A stretch of 64,000 bases of DNA from Flavobacteriaceae bacterium. GTDB lineage: Bacteria; Bacteroidota; Bacteroidia; Flavobacteriales; Flavobacteriaceae. Positions within the stretch are counted from its first letter, which is position 1; each line of letters opens with the position of its first letter. Location of the stretch: assembly GCA_026988355.1 (NCBI GenBank), contig JALSLK010000118.1, positions 4,709 through 68,708 of the forward strand. The letters run 5' to 3'. The notes beneath the pieces were generated by a model. The model worked only from the letters and a program-made list of their open reading frames with translations. It searched no databases and had not been told where the DNA came from. Both the position numbers and the translations under genes were made by a program. Below, piece after piece: positions 56,275 through 64,000 of this stretch.

Positions 56275-56297
56275 ATGGCTTCTTTTAAAGAAGCCAT
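56275..56297. terminator. GC-containing hairpin; likely terminator for minus-strand transcripts coming from sucD
   Basis: ATGGCTTCTT / AAGAAGCCAT 10-bp stem. The A-run on its left gives a U-run on the minus strand; there is no good T-run on the plus strand. Confidence 0.5.
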
Positions 56298-56479
56298 TAC
56301 AATATTTTATAAATTAAGTTTCTAACCTAAAACTGACATTACTCTAAGTTAGGTATTCTAATCAATTCATAATCTATATTGATTATCAATTTGAGTGTAT
56401 TAAAAAAGTCTTTATTCTTTTTTATAACAGTGTAACGGTCTTATATCTTTAGTCGAAACAATAATTAGATATTCAGTTT

Positions 56480-57352
56480 TTATCCTAAAATTTCCGCAAC
56501 TTTTTTACCAATTTCTGCTGGAGATTCTACTACATGAATACCATTTTCTCTTAATATTCTCATTTTAGCTTCGGCAGTATCATCTTCTCCACCAACAATA
56601 GCACCTGCATGTCCCATAGTTCTTCCTTTAGGAGCAGTTTGTCCAGCAATAAAACCAATTACAGGTTTGCGGTTACCATCTGCTTTAATCCATTTTGCAG
56701 CATCTGCTTCGTATTGTCCACCTATTTCTCCAATCATTACAATAGCTTCGGTTTCTGGATCGTTCATTAATAATTCGACGGCATCTTTAGTTGTAGTTCC
56801 GATAATAGGATCTCCACCAATACCAATTGCAGTAGTAATTCCATAACCTTGTTTTACAACTTGGTCTGCAGCTTCGTAGGTTAAAGTACCAGATTTTGAA
56901 ATAATACCAATATTCCCTTTTTTAAATACAAATCCAGGCATGATACCAACTTTTGCTTCTCCTGGCGTAATTACACCAGGACAGTTAGGACCTATTAAAC
57001 GACAATCTTTATTTGCTAAGTAGGCTTTTACTTTAACCATATCTGCTGTTGGTATACCTTCGGTAATGCAAATAATTACTTTGATTCCTGCCTCAGCAGA
57101 TTCCATAATTGCATCTGCAGCAAATGCTGGTGGTACAAATAGGATAGAAGTATCTGCTCCTGCTTTTTGTACGGCATCCTCTACGGTATTATAGACTGGT
57201 TTATCTAAATGTGTTTGTCCTCCTTTTCCAGGTGTAACTCCGCCAACAATGTTAGTTCCGTATGCTATCATTTGTTCTGAATGGAATGTTCCTTCTCCAC
57301 CAGTAAATCCTTGTACTATTATTTTTGAATTTTTATTTACTAAAACGCTCAT
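56480..57352 (-). CDS. sucD: succinate--CoA ligase subunit alpha
   Basis: GPNCPGVI and the phosphohistidine loop MGHAGAIV. 290 aa. Confidence 0.92.
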   Translation of the reverse strand: MSVLVNKNSKIIVQGFTGGEGTFHSEQMIAYGTNIVGGVTPGKGGQTHLDKPVYNTVEDAVQKAGADTSILFVPPAFAADAIMESAEAGIKVIICITEGIPTADMVKVKAYLANKDCRLIGPNCPGVITPGEAKVGIMPGFVFKKGNIGIISKSGTLTYEAADQVVKQGYGITTAIGIGGDPIIGTTTKDAVELLMNDPETEAIVMIGEIGGQYEADAAKWIKADGNRKPVIGFIAGQTAPKGRTMGHAGAIVGGEDDTAEAKMRILRENGIHVVESPAEIGKKVAEILG

Positions 57353-57522
57353 ATTTTATTGTTTATTCGTTTATTTGTTTGATTCCGAAATTTCGGGAGT
57401 TTATTTGTAACAGACTATTCTTTTTTCGCTAAGGTTTATTTTTTTGTTACTATCCATTATCTTTTATCTAAAATTAATACAAAGATAATTCAATTTTCAA
57501 TTTTAAATATCAAATATTACAT

Positions 57523-58434
57523 CTATTTTGTCATCCTTTTTAAAGTAGCTAACTCTTTTAATTTTTGTTTGGACTCGGTTATTGGCGTTCCAAAATAAGA
57601 TGTACCTCCTTTTACAGATTTCGTAACACCAGTTTGTCCTAAAATAATGGCTTTTTTACCAATAGTAATTCCGCTAGTAGTACCAACTTGTCCCCAAATA
57701 GTTACTTCGTCTTCGATAATACAGCATCCAGCAATACCAACTTGTGAAGCTATGAGGCATTTTTTTCCAATAATAGTATCGTGTCCAATTTGTATTTGAT
57801 TGTCTAATTTTGTTCCTTCTCCAATCGTAGTATCTCCCGTTACTCCTTTATCTATAGTACAAGCAGCTCCAATATCTACATTGTCTTTTATGACAACTCG
57901 TCCGCAAGAAATTAGTTTGTCAAATCCTGTTGGTCTATTTTTATAATAAAACGCATCTGCACCCAAGATGGTTCCTGCGTGTATGGTTACATTATTTCCA
58001 ATGATGCAATTATCATATATAGTTACATTTGGATGAATGGTACAATTGTCTCCAATAATTACATTATTTCCAATAAATGCATTTGGTTGAATGGTTGTAT
58101 TTTTTCCTATTTGTGCAGAATCGCTACTACTTTTAGTTGCTTTTTTAAAAGGCTTGAAATAGGTAGAAAGTTTATTAAAATCACGAAATGGATCGTTGGA
58201 TATTAACAAGGCTTTTCCTTTTGGACAAGTTACTTCTTTATTTATGAGAACAACTGTCGCTTTAGATTCTAAGGCTTTGTCGTAATATTTTGGATGATCT
58301 ACAAATACGACATCTCCTTCTTCTACAACATGTATTTCGTTTATTCCTTGTACAGGAAAGGTTTCGTCTCCAATAAATTTAGTATTGGTTATTTTGGCAA
58401 TTTCTTTTAAAGTATGTGTTCTGTTGAATTTCAT
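57523..58434 (-). CDS. lpxD: UDP-3-O-acylglucosamine N-acyltransferase paralog (short LpxD)
   Basis: Left-handed beta-helix hexapeptide repeats with the LpxD-type N-terminal domain. 303 aa. Second lpxD-like gene of the cluster. Confidence 0.78.
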   Translation of the reverse strand: MKFNRTHTLKEIAKITNTKFIGDETFPVQGINEIHVVEEGDVVFVDHPKYYDKALESKATVVLINKEVTCPKGKALLISNDPFRDFNKLSTYFKPFKKATKSSSDSAQIGKNTTIQPNAFIGNNVIIGDNCTIHPNVTIYDNCIIGNNVTIHAGTILGADAFYYKNRPTGFDKLISCGRVVIKDNVDIGAACTIDKGVTGDTTIGEGTKLDNQIQIGHDTIIGKKCLIASQVGIAGCCIIEDEVTIWGQVGTTSGITIGKKAIILGQTGVTKSVKGGTSYFGTPITESKQKLKELATLKRMTK

Positions 58435-58449
58435 ATTCTTTGTCTAACC

Positions 58450-58506
58450 GCAAGGTTTGCAAAGTTTCACGCAATGTGCGCAAAGTAAATTGCAAAGAAT
58501 GCAAAG
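58450..58506. repeat. six GCAA(A/G/T)G hexamers with alternating 9/12-bp spacing (three 21-bp units)
   Basis: Hexamer starts at 58450, 58459, 58471, 58480, 58492, 58501, read directly. Lies between the efp stop (58525) and the lpxD2 start (58434). Confidence 0.6.
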
Positions 58507-58524
58507 GTTGGTAATTTAAGCTGT

Positions 58525-59091
58525 TTAAGCTTTAACACGTTCCATATAAGAACCTTTTATAGTTTCTACTTTTATTAAATCTCCTTCGTTAATAAATAGT
58601 GGTACATTTACTCTTGCGCCAGTTTCTACTGTTGCTGGTTTTGTTGCATTTGTTGCAGTATTTCCTTTTACGCCTGGTTCTGTATGCGTTACTTCTAGTA
58701 CAACACTTGCTGGCATATCTACGGCTAGAGGTATTTCGTCGGATGCTCTTACAATTACAGTTACTACTTCTCCTTCTTTTAGTAACTCGACAGCATCTAT
58801 TGTTTCTTTTGGAAGTGTAATTTGATTGTAATCTACAACATTCATAAAATGATACATATCTCCTTCTGGATATAGGTATTGGTATTTACGAGTTTCTACT
58901 CTTACTTCTTCTATTTTATGTCCAGCAGAGAATGTATTATCTACTACTTTTCCAGAGGTTAAGCTCTTTAATTTGGTTCTTACAAATGCAGGTCCTTTTC
59001 CTGGCTTTACATGTTGAAATTCTATAACTTTATAGGTATCGTTATTATATATGATACAAAGTCCTTTTTTAATATCTGATGTTGATGCCAT
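58525..59091 (-). CDS. efp: elongation factor P
   Basis: 188 aa with the KOW-like N-domain and loop VKPGKGPAFV. Confidence 0.95.
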   Translation of the reverse strand: MASTSDIKKGLCIIYNNDTYKVIEFQHVKPGKGPAFVRTKLKSLTSGKVVDNTFSAGHKIEEVRVETRKYQYLYPEGDMYHFMNVVDYNQITLPKETIDAVELLKEGEVVTVIVRASDEIPLAVDMPASVVLEVTHTEPGVKGNTATNATKPATVETGARVNVPLFINEGDLIKVETIKGSYMERVKA

Positions 59092-59118
59092 TACTTATTT
59101 TTTTCGTTATTTTTAATT

Positions 59119-59904
59119 TTATATCCCACTTGAATATCCTTTCATAATACCTCTTTGTGAGTTTCGGATAAATTCAAGTATTAAATCTCTTTCTGGAGTA
59201 GCTTCTTTTTCTGCCTCTATAATACCGACAGCTTGTGTGGTATTGTTATTTTTTTGATATAATATTCGGTATATATCTTGTATTTCGTGTATTTTATCGG
59301 ATGAAAATCCTCTTCGTCTTAATCCTATAGAATTAATTCCGATATAGGATAAAGGTTCTTTTGCAGCTTTTGTAAAAGGAGGTACATCTTTCCTAACGAG
59401 TGATCCTCCAGAAATCATTGCATGTGCTCCGATATGTATAAATTGATGTATTCCTGCGGATCCGCCAATAATTGCATATTCTCCAACAGTTACATGACCT
59501 GCTAATAATACACCGTTTACAATGATAGCATCATTTTTAATAATGCAATCGTGTGCAATATGCGCAGTTGCCATGATTAGGCAATTATCTCCAATTTCCG
59601 TTTTTCCATGTGCTTTAGTACCTCTATTAATGGTTACACATTCTCTTATTGTTACGTTATTGCCTATAACTACTTGCGAGTCTTCTCCTTCAAATTTTAA
59701 ATCTTGTGGTATTGCCGAAATTACTGCTCCAGGAAAAATCCTACAATTTTCTCCTATTACGGCACCTTCCATTATGGTTACATTTGAACCAATCCAAGTT
59801 CCAGATCCGACTGTAACATTATTATGAATGGTTGTAAATGGTTCTACAACGACATTTCTTTCAATTTTTGCATCTGGATGTATATATGCTAGAGGTTGAT
59901 TCAT
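59119..59904 (-). CDS. lpxA: acyl-ACP--UDP-N-acetylglucosamine O-acyltransferase
   Basis: Hexapeptide beta-helix plus a C-terminal helical domain. 261 aa. Position after lpxC/fabZ. Confidence 0.9.
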   Translation of the reverse strand: MNQPLAYIHPDAKIERNVVVEPFTTIHNNVTVGSGTWIGSNVTIMEGAVIGENCRIFPGAVISAIPQDLKFEGEDSQVVIGNNVTIRECVTINRGTKAHGKTEIGDNCLIMATAHIAHDCIIKNDAIIVNGVLLAGHVTVGEYAIIGGSAGIHQFIHIGAHAMISGGSLVRKDVPPFTKAAKEPLSYIGINSIGLRRRGFSSDKIHEIQDIYRILYQKNNNTTQAVGIIEAEKEATPERDLILEFIRNSQRGIMKGYSSGI

Positions 59905-59947
59905 TTTTATTGTTTTAATCTTTAGGAAAAAATCCTAAGGTATTTTA

Positions 59948-61351
59948 TTATTTTTTCTCTGGATTTCTTACTATTTGCGCCATTAATTGTGCTTCTACAA
60001 CTAATTTATTATTTGCATATCCGTATGCTTGCATGTGGCAAATCCCTCTACGAATTGGCGTTATTAAATCCGCTTTAAATATTAAGGTATCTCCTGGTAA
60101 TACTTTTTGTTTAAATTTCACATTATCCATTTTCATGAAATAGGTTAAATAATTTTCAGGATCTGGTACAGTACTTAAGACTAGAATTCCGCCACATTGT
60201 GCCATTGCTTCAATTTGTAATACTCCTGGCATTACTGGTGCTCCTGGGAAATGTCCTACAAAGAAAGGCTCGTTCATGGTCACATTTTTAACTCCAATAA
60301 CATGTGTTTCGGATAATTCTACAATACGATCAATTAATAAAAAAGGAGGTCTATGTGGCAATATTTCCATTATTTTATGAATATCCATTAGTGGTGGTGC
60401 ATTCAAATCTATTTTCGGAACATAGTTTCTTTTTTCGTGTTTGATTTTTTTTGCTAATTTTTTCGCAAAATTGGTATTTATTTTATGTCCAGGTTTGTTT
60501 GCGATGACTTTTCCTCTAATTCGAGTTCCAATCAATGCTAAATCTCCTATTACATCTAATAATTTATGTCTTGCTGCTTCGTTTGGCCAATGTAAGGTTA
60601 GATTATCTAAAATTCCATTTGGTTTTACATTTAGATGTTCTTTATTAAATGCTTTTTTCAATTTATCCATTGTTTTTTCGGATAATTCGTTATCTACATA
60701 AACAATTGCGTTATTTAGGTCTCCTCCTTTAATCAAGTTATGATCTAAAAGCGTTTCTATTTCGTGTAAAAAGCTAAATGTTCTTGCTTTTGAAATGGTT
60801 TCTTTAAAATCGGAAATTGTATCTAGCGTTGCATTTTGTGTTCCTAGAATATTTGTACCAAAATCTACCATGGTAGTTATTCTATATTCTTCGCATGGCA
60901 TTATCATTATTTCGCTTCCTGTTTCTTCATCTGTAAATGAGATATTTTCGGTAACGATATATTCTTCTATTACGGCATCTTGTTCTATTGGAATTGCTTT
61001 TTCTAATGCTTCAATAAAAAATTTTGATGAGCCATCCATTATTGGAGGTTCTGGAGCATTAATTTCAATAATTAAATTGTCTAAATCTAGTCCAACAGCT
61101 GCTGCTAATACATGTTCGGATGTATTAATTGTAACGCCATTTTTTTCTAAATTAGTTCCTCTCTCTGTTGCAATAACATATTGTGCTAATGCTTCTACTT
61201 TTGGAGCGCCTTCTAAATCTACTCTAACAAATGTAAATCCATTATTTACTGGTGCAGGTTTAAACTTTAGAAAAACTTTGTTTCCTGTATGTAATCCAAC
61301 TCCTTCTAATGAAACTTCGTTTTGTATCGTTTTTTGTTTTTTTACTTCCAT
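59948..61351 (-). CDS. lpxC/fabZ: bifunctional UDP-3-O-acyl-GlcNAc deacetylase / 3-hydroxyacyl-ACP dehydratase
   Basis: N-terminal LpxC (GVGLHTGNKV). C-terminal FabZ hot-dog (GHFPGAPVMPGVLQIEAMAQ). 467 aa; the fusion is typical of Bacteroidota. Confidence 0.92.
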   Translation of the reverse strand: MEVKKQKTIQNEVSLEGVGLHTGNKVFLKFKPAPVNNGFTFVRVDLEGAPKVEALAQYVIATERGTNLEKNGVTINTSEHVLAAAVGLDLDNLIIEINAPEPPIMDGSSKFFIEALEKAIPIEQDAVIEEYIVTENISFTDEETGSEIMIMPCEEYRITTMVDFGTNILGTQNATLDTISDFKETISKARTFSFLHEIETLLDHNLIKGGDLNNAIVYVDNELSEKTMDKLKKAFNKEHLNVKPNGILDNLTLHWPNEAARHKLLDVIGDLALIGTRIRGKVIANKPGHKINTNFAKKLAKKIKHEKRNYVPKIDLNAPPLMDIHKIMEILPHRPPFLLIDRIVELSETHVIGVKNVTMNEPFFVGHFPGAPVMPGVLQIEAMAQCGGILVLSTVPDPENYLTYFMKMDNVKFKQKVLPGDTLIFKADLITPIRRGICHMQAYGYANNKLVVEAQLMAQIVRNPEKK

Positions 61352-61375
61352 AAAACTTTAATTAATACTAATTTA

Positions 61376-62404
61376 TTATTTTAGTTTTTTCTCCAATTCG
61401 TTAACTCTTGCGACTAACTTCCCTAAATTTTTAAAATGGACATAAGATCTATTCCAATCACTGTAATTAAATGCTCTACTTCCTTGTACTACTGCATTAT
61501 CTTTTAAACTTCTTGCGACTCCTGAGAGTGCTTGTATTCGCACATTATTTCCAACAGTAATATGACCTACAATTGCTACTTGTCCACCAATCATACATTG
61601 TTCGCCTATTTTTGTTGAACCTGCGATTCCTGTTTGGGCTGCAATAACGGTATTTTTTCCAATTTCTACATTATGTGCTACTTGTATTTGATTGTCTAAT
61701 TTTACACCTTTCCTAATAATTGTAGATCCTAATGTTGCTCTATCAATTGTAGTTGCTGCTCCAATATCGACATTATCTTCGATAATTACATTGCCTATTT
61801 GTGGAATTGCGGCGTATTCTCCATTTTCATCTGGTAAAAAACCAAATCCATCGCAACCAATAATTGCACCAGAATTTATATTGCAATTCTTTCCAATTAT
61901 TATTTCAGAATAAATTTTGACTCCAGAGAATAGTGTGGTATTATCATCTATTATAGTATTATCTCCAATATATACATTTGGATATACTTTTACATTATTT
62001 CCTAAAACCACATTATTGCCTATATAGGTAAATTGCCCTATATAAACGTCTTTTCCAATTTTTGCAGTTTTACTAATAAAGTTTGGTGTTTCTATACCAA
62101 CTTTATGTAATTTTATTTGATTGTAATATGCGAGTAATTTTGAAAAGGCTTTTCCTGCATCTTTTACTTTTATTAAAGTTATATCAATGTCTTTTTTTGG
62201 TATAAAACTTTCGTTAACTATTGCTATTGATGCTTTTGTATCGTATAAGAAGTTGGTGTATTTTGGATTTGATAAAAAGGTCAACGATCCTTTTTCTCCT
62301 TCTTCTATTTTTGATAGCTTGGTTACTTCTACTTCAGAATCTCCATAAACTGTTCCGTTTAAAACTTCTGCTATTTGACTTGCTGTAAATTTCATTGTTT
62401 GCAA
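61376..62404 (-). CDS. lpxD: UDP-3-O-acylglucosamine N-acyltransferase
   Basis: 342 aa. The LpxD N-terminal domain (FTASQIAEVLNG), then hexapeptide repeats and a C-terminal helix. Confidence 0.85.
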   Translation of the reverse strand: MQTMKFTASQIAEVLNGTVYGDSEVEVTKLSKIEEGEKGSLTFLSNPKYTNFLYDTKASIAIVNESFIPKKDIDITLIKVKDAGKAFSKLLAYYNQIKLHKVGIETPNFISKTAKIGKDVYIGQFTYIGNNVVLGNNVKVYPNVYIGDNTIIDDNTTLFSGVKIYSEIIIGKNCNINSGAIIGCDGFGFLPDENGEYAAIPQIGNVIIEDNVDIGAATTIDRATLGSTIIRKGVKLDNQIQVAHNVEIGKNTVIAAQTGIAGSTKIGEQCMIGGQVAIVGHITVGNNVRIQALSGVARSLKDNAVVQGSRAFNYSDWNRSYVHFKNLGKLVARVNELEKKLK

Positions 62405-62456
62405 AAATAAGAAAATATTAACTTATGTGAAGATTTAATATTGAAACTTTAAATAT

Positions 62457-63668
62457 TTACTTTGGATATGCAATATAATGTTTTATAACTGGCTTAGTTA
62501 AGGCTTGTAAATTTAGATGGTCGGATGCAGTAACGATATCTTTTAAGTCTCCATTTTTAAATAAAATATGTATTGGACTTGCTTCTACGGAATATGCGTG
62601 ATTAGACACTTTTCCTTCCATTACAAAATAAGATAATTCGTCTGTATGTACATTGTATTTTTTCTGTATTTTATTTTTTATTTCTGTAATAAAACTGTTG
62701 TTGATAGGTTGGTTTTTTAGTTTTATTTTTGATAAATTTCTCTGAATGATATTTTTACTTAATGTTGATAATATAAAATCTTCGTGATTTTGCCACGATT
62801 TAATTGCAGAAATTATATCAAAATCATCTAATTGGGAAAATATTTCCAACACATTTTTATTAAAATTATGACGATCTATTTTTTGATATAAGAAAAATTT
62901 TAATGCATCACTTGCTTCTACTTTTATGCCCTTTTTTGCTAACTCTTTTGCTCTTTGTAATACTTTTACCAACATATTTTCGGCAACTAATCCTGTTTTG
63001 TGTAAATAGACTTGCCAATACATTAAACGTCTCGAAATAATGAATTTTTCTACGGAATAAATTCCTTTTTCTTCCACTACTAATTCTTCATCTTTAACAT
63101 TTAGCATGGTTATTAGTCGTTCGGAGTTTACATTTCCTTCGCCAACTCCTGTATAAAAGCTATCGCGTTTTAAATAATCTAATCTATCAATGTCTAGCTG
63201 ACTTGAGATTAATTGATTTAAAAATTGTCGTGTATGATTTCCTTTAAATATTTCTATTGCTAAAGTTAATTTATCCTTAAATTCGAGGTTTAATTCTTCC
63301 ATAAATTTTAAGGAGATTTCTTCATGCGAAATATCATTTACGATGCTGTGTTCTAATGCATGTGAAAAAGCTCCATGTCCAATATCGTGTAATAATATTG
63401 CGATTATTAGTGCTTCTTCTTCTTCTTTTGAGATAGCTACTTCTTTAAAACGAAGAACTTGTACTGTTTTTTGCATTAAGAAAATACATCCAATTGCATG
63501 TTGAAATCTTGTATGATGTGCTCCTGGATATACGAGATATGACATTCCCATTTGCGAAATTCTTCTAAGTCGCTGAAAATAACGATGTTCGATAATATCA
63601 AAAATTAATTCACTTGGTATTGTAATAAAACCGTAAATTGGGTCGTTAATAATCTTGAGTTTGTTCAT
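62457..63668 (-). CDS. HD-domain phosphohydrolase (dGTPase-like family)
   Basis: RFQHAIG ... LLHDIGHGAFSH HD motif. 403 aa. Confidence 0.75.
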   Translation of the reverse strand: MNKLKIINDPIYGFITIPSELIFDIIEHRYFQRLRRISQMGMSYLVYPGAHHTRFQHAIGCIFLMQKTVQVLRFKEVAISKEEEEALIIAILLHDIGHGAFSHALEHSIVNDISHEEISLKFMEELNLEFKDKLTLAIEIFKGNHTRQFLNQLISSQLDIDRLDYLKRDSFYTGVGEGNVNSERLITMLNVKDEELVVEEKGIYSVEKFIISRRLMYWQVYLHKTGLVAENMLVKVLQRAKELAKKGIKVEASDALKFFLYQKIDRHNFNKNVLEIFSQLDDFDIISAIKSWQNHEDFILSTLSKNIIQRNLSKIKLKNQPINNSFITEIKNKIQKKYNVHTDELSYFVMEGKVSNHAYSVEASPIHILFKNGDLKDIVTASDHLNLQALTKPVIKHYIAYPK

Positions 63669-63756
63669 GTAGCAAAGATATAAAAAGAAATTGCGATTTT
63701 AATGATTTATAACTTACGATTCTATATATTTATATACCAAATTAAATACTTTTACT

Positions 63757-64000
63757 ATGATACATATTCTTTGGGTGGATGACGAAATTGATTTACTAAA
63801 ACCACATATCTTGTTTTTAGAAAAAAAAAATTATAAGGTTGTAACCGCTACAAATGGTGCAGATGCTATTGATCTTATTGCAGATAAAAGAAATATTGAT
63901 ATTGTATTTTTAGACGAAAATATGCCTGGACTTACTGGTATTGAAACGCTTGGACAGATAAAGGAAATTCGACAAAATCTACCTGTTGTTATGATTACTA
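63757..64000 (+). CDS. response regulator receiver domain, 5' part only (PorX-like; gene runs off the window)
   Basis: My translation from the ATG at 63757 gives [81 protein letters not shown], with no stop before the window ends. This N-terminus resembles PorX-type receiver+PglZ regulators, but the output domain is not visible. Confidence 0.55.
   Translation, partial: MIHILWVDDEIDLLKPHILFLEKKNYKVVTATNGADAIDLIADKRNIDIVFLDENMPGLTGIETLGQIKEIRQNLPVVMIT

Noticed and set aside
57394-57405. CCGAAATTTCGG palindrome between lpxD2 and sucD, considered as a terminator
   Set aside because: The stem is short and has essentially no loop. There is no U-run on the minus strand, where it would be needed.
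60795-61361. 188-aa plus-strand ORF opposite lpxC/fabZ (also 60441-60701, 59522-59827, 61692-61913 and 57979-58206 opposite lpx genes)
   Set aside because: It lies entirely inside strongly supported minus-strand genes. The Ser/Ile/Phe-rich translations have no motifs. It is a shadow ORF.
1-64000. Looked for CRISPR arrays, tRNA/rRNA/tmRNA/RNase P-like sequences, transposases, integrases, phage genes and known defence-system gene sets
   Set aside because: I saw no regularly spaced direct repeats of 25-40 bp and no GC-rich cloverleaf-like segments in the intergenic regions. I recognised no recombinase, nuclease or ATPase combinations typical of defence islands. The window reads as housekeeping plus envelope genes. 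This was a by-eye scan only.

Overview
AT-rich window (roughly one-third GC by eye, not computed) that reads as a core chromosomal segment of a marine Flavobacteriaceae (Bacteroidota) genome. All protein calls come from motifs read in the supplied translations; no searches were run.

Gene content, in order:
- Rod-shape module: mreC (3' part), mreD, PBP2, rodA.
- AsmA-like protein followed by a tight glycosyltransferase cluster and an LTA-synthase-family gene.
- T9SS-sorted M14 carboxypeptidase, pyrE, nrnA.
- gldI-like FKBP and a cyclophilin-FKBP fusion.
- SQR-like / TusE / DsrE sulfur-relay operon.
- MocR regulator facing a cupin + PNPOx-like pair.
- Beta-helix lipoprotein, TonB receptor and OmpR-type response regulator in a row.
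- M16 peptidase, rplU (extended) and rpmA.
- ald, tsaE, aroB, proline dehydrogenase.
- Phosphoethanolamine-transferase pair.
- lysA / LD-carboxypeptidase / SusC-SusD / dipeptide epimerase / alpha-oxoamine-synthase-like block.
- typA, sucD.
- Lipid A cluster lpxD-lpxC/fabZ-lpxA-efp-lpxD2, an HD phosphohydrolase, and the 5' end of a PorX-like response regulator.

I saw no rRNA, tRNA, CRISPR array, prophage, transposase or recognisable defence island.

Signals not explained by the gene list:
1. An exact 14-mer near-palindrome, ATGATAAAAATCAT, occurs three times. Each copy lies exactly 22 nt upstream of a TAnnTTTG -7 box, in the same orientation. The three copies sit in front of the sulfur-relay operon, a small-peptide/epimerase/AONS operon, and a possible ~90-nt terminator-bounded sRNA.
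2. A ~158-bp MITE-like element family with imperfect terminal inverted repeats and TTA flanks: three complete or deleted copies plus three solo right ends.
3. A 21-bp-periodic GCAAAG array between efp and lpxD2.
4. A gene neighbourhood that looks like a peptidoglycan stem-peptide salvage locus built around a SusC/SusD pair.

None of these is proven. Each finding states the test that would decide it.
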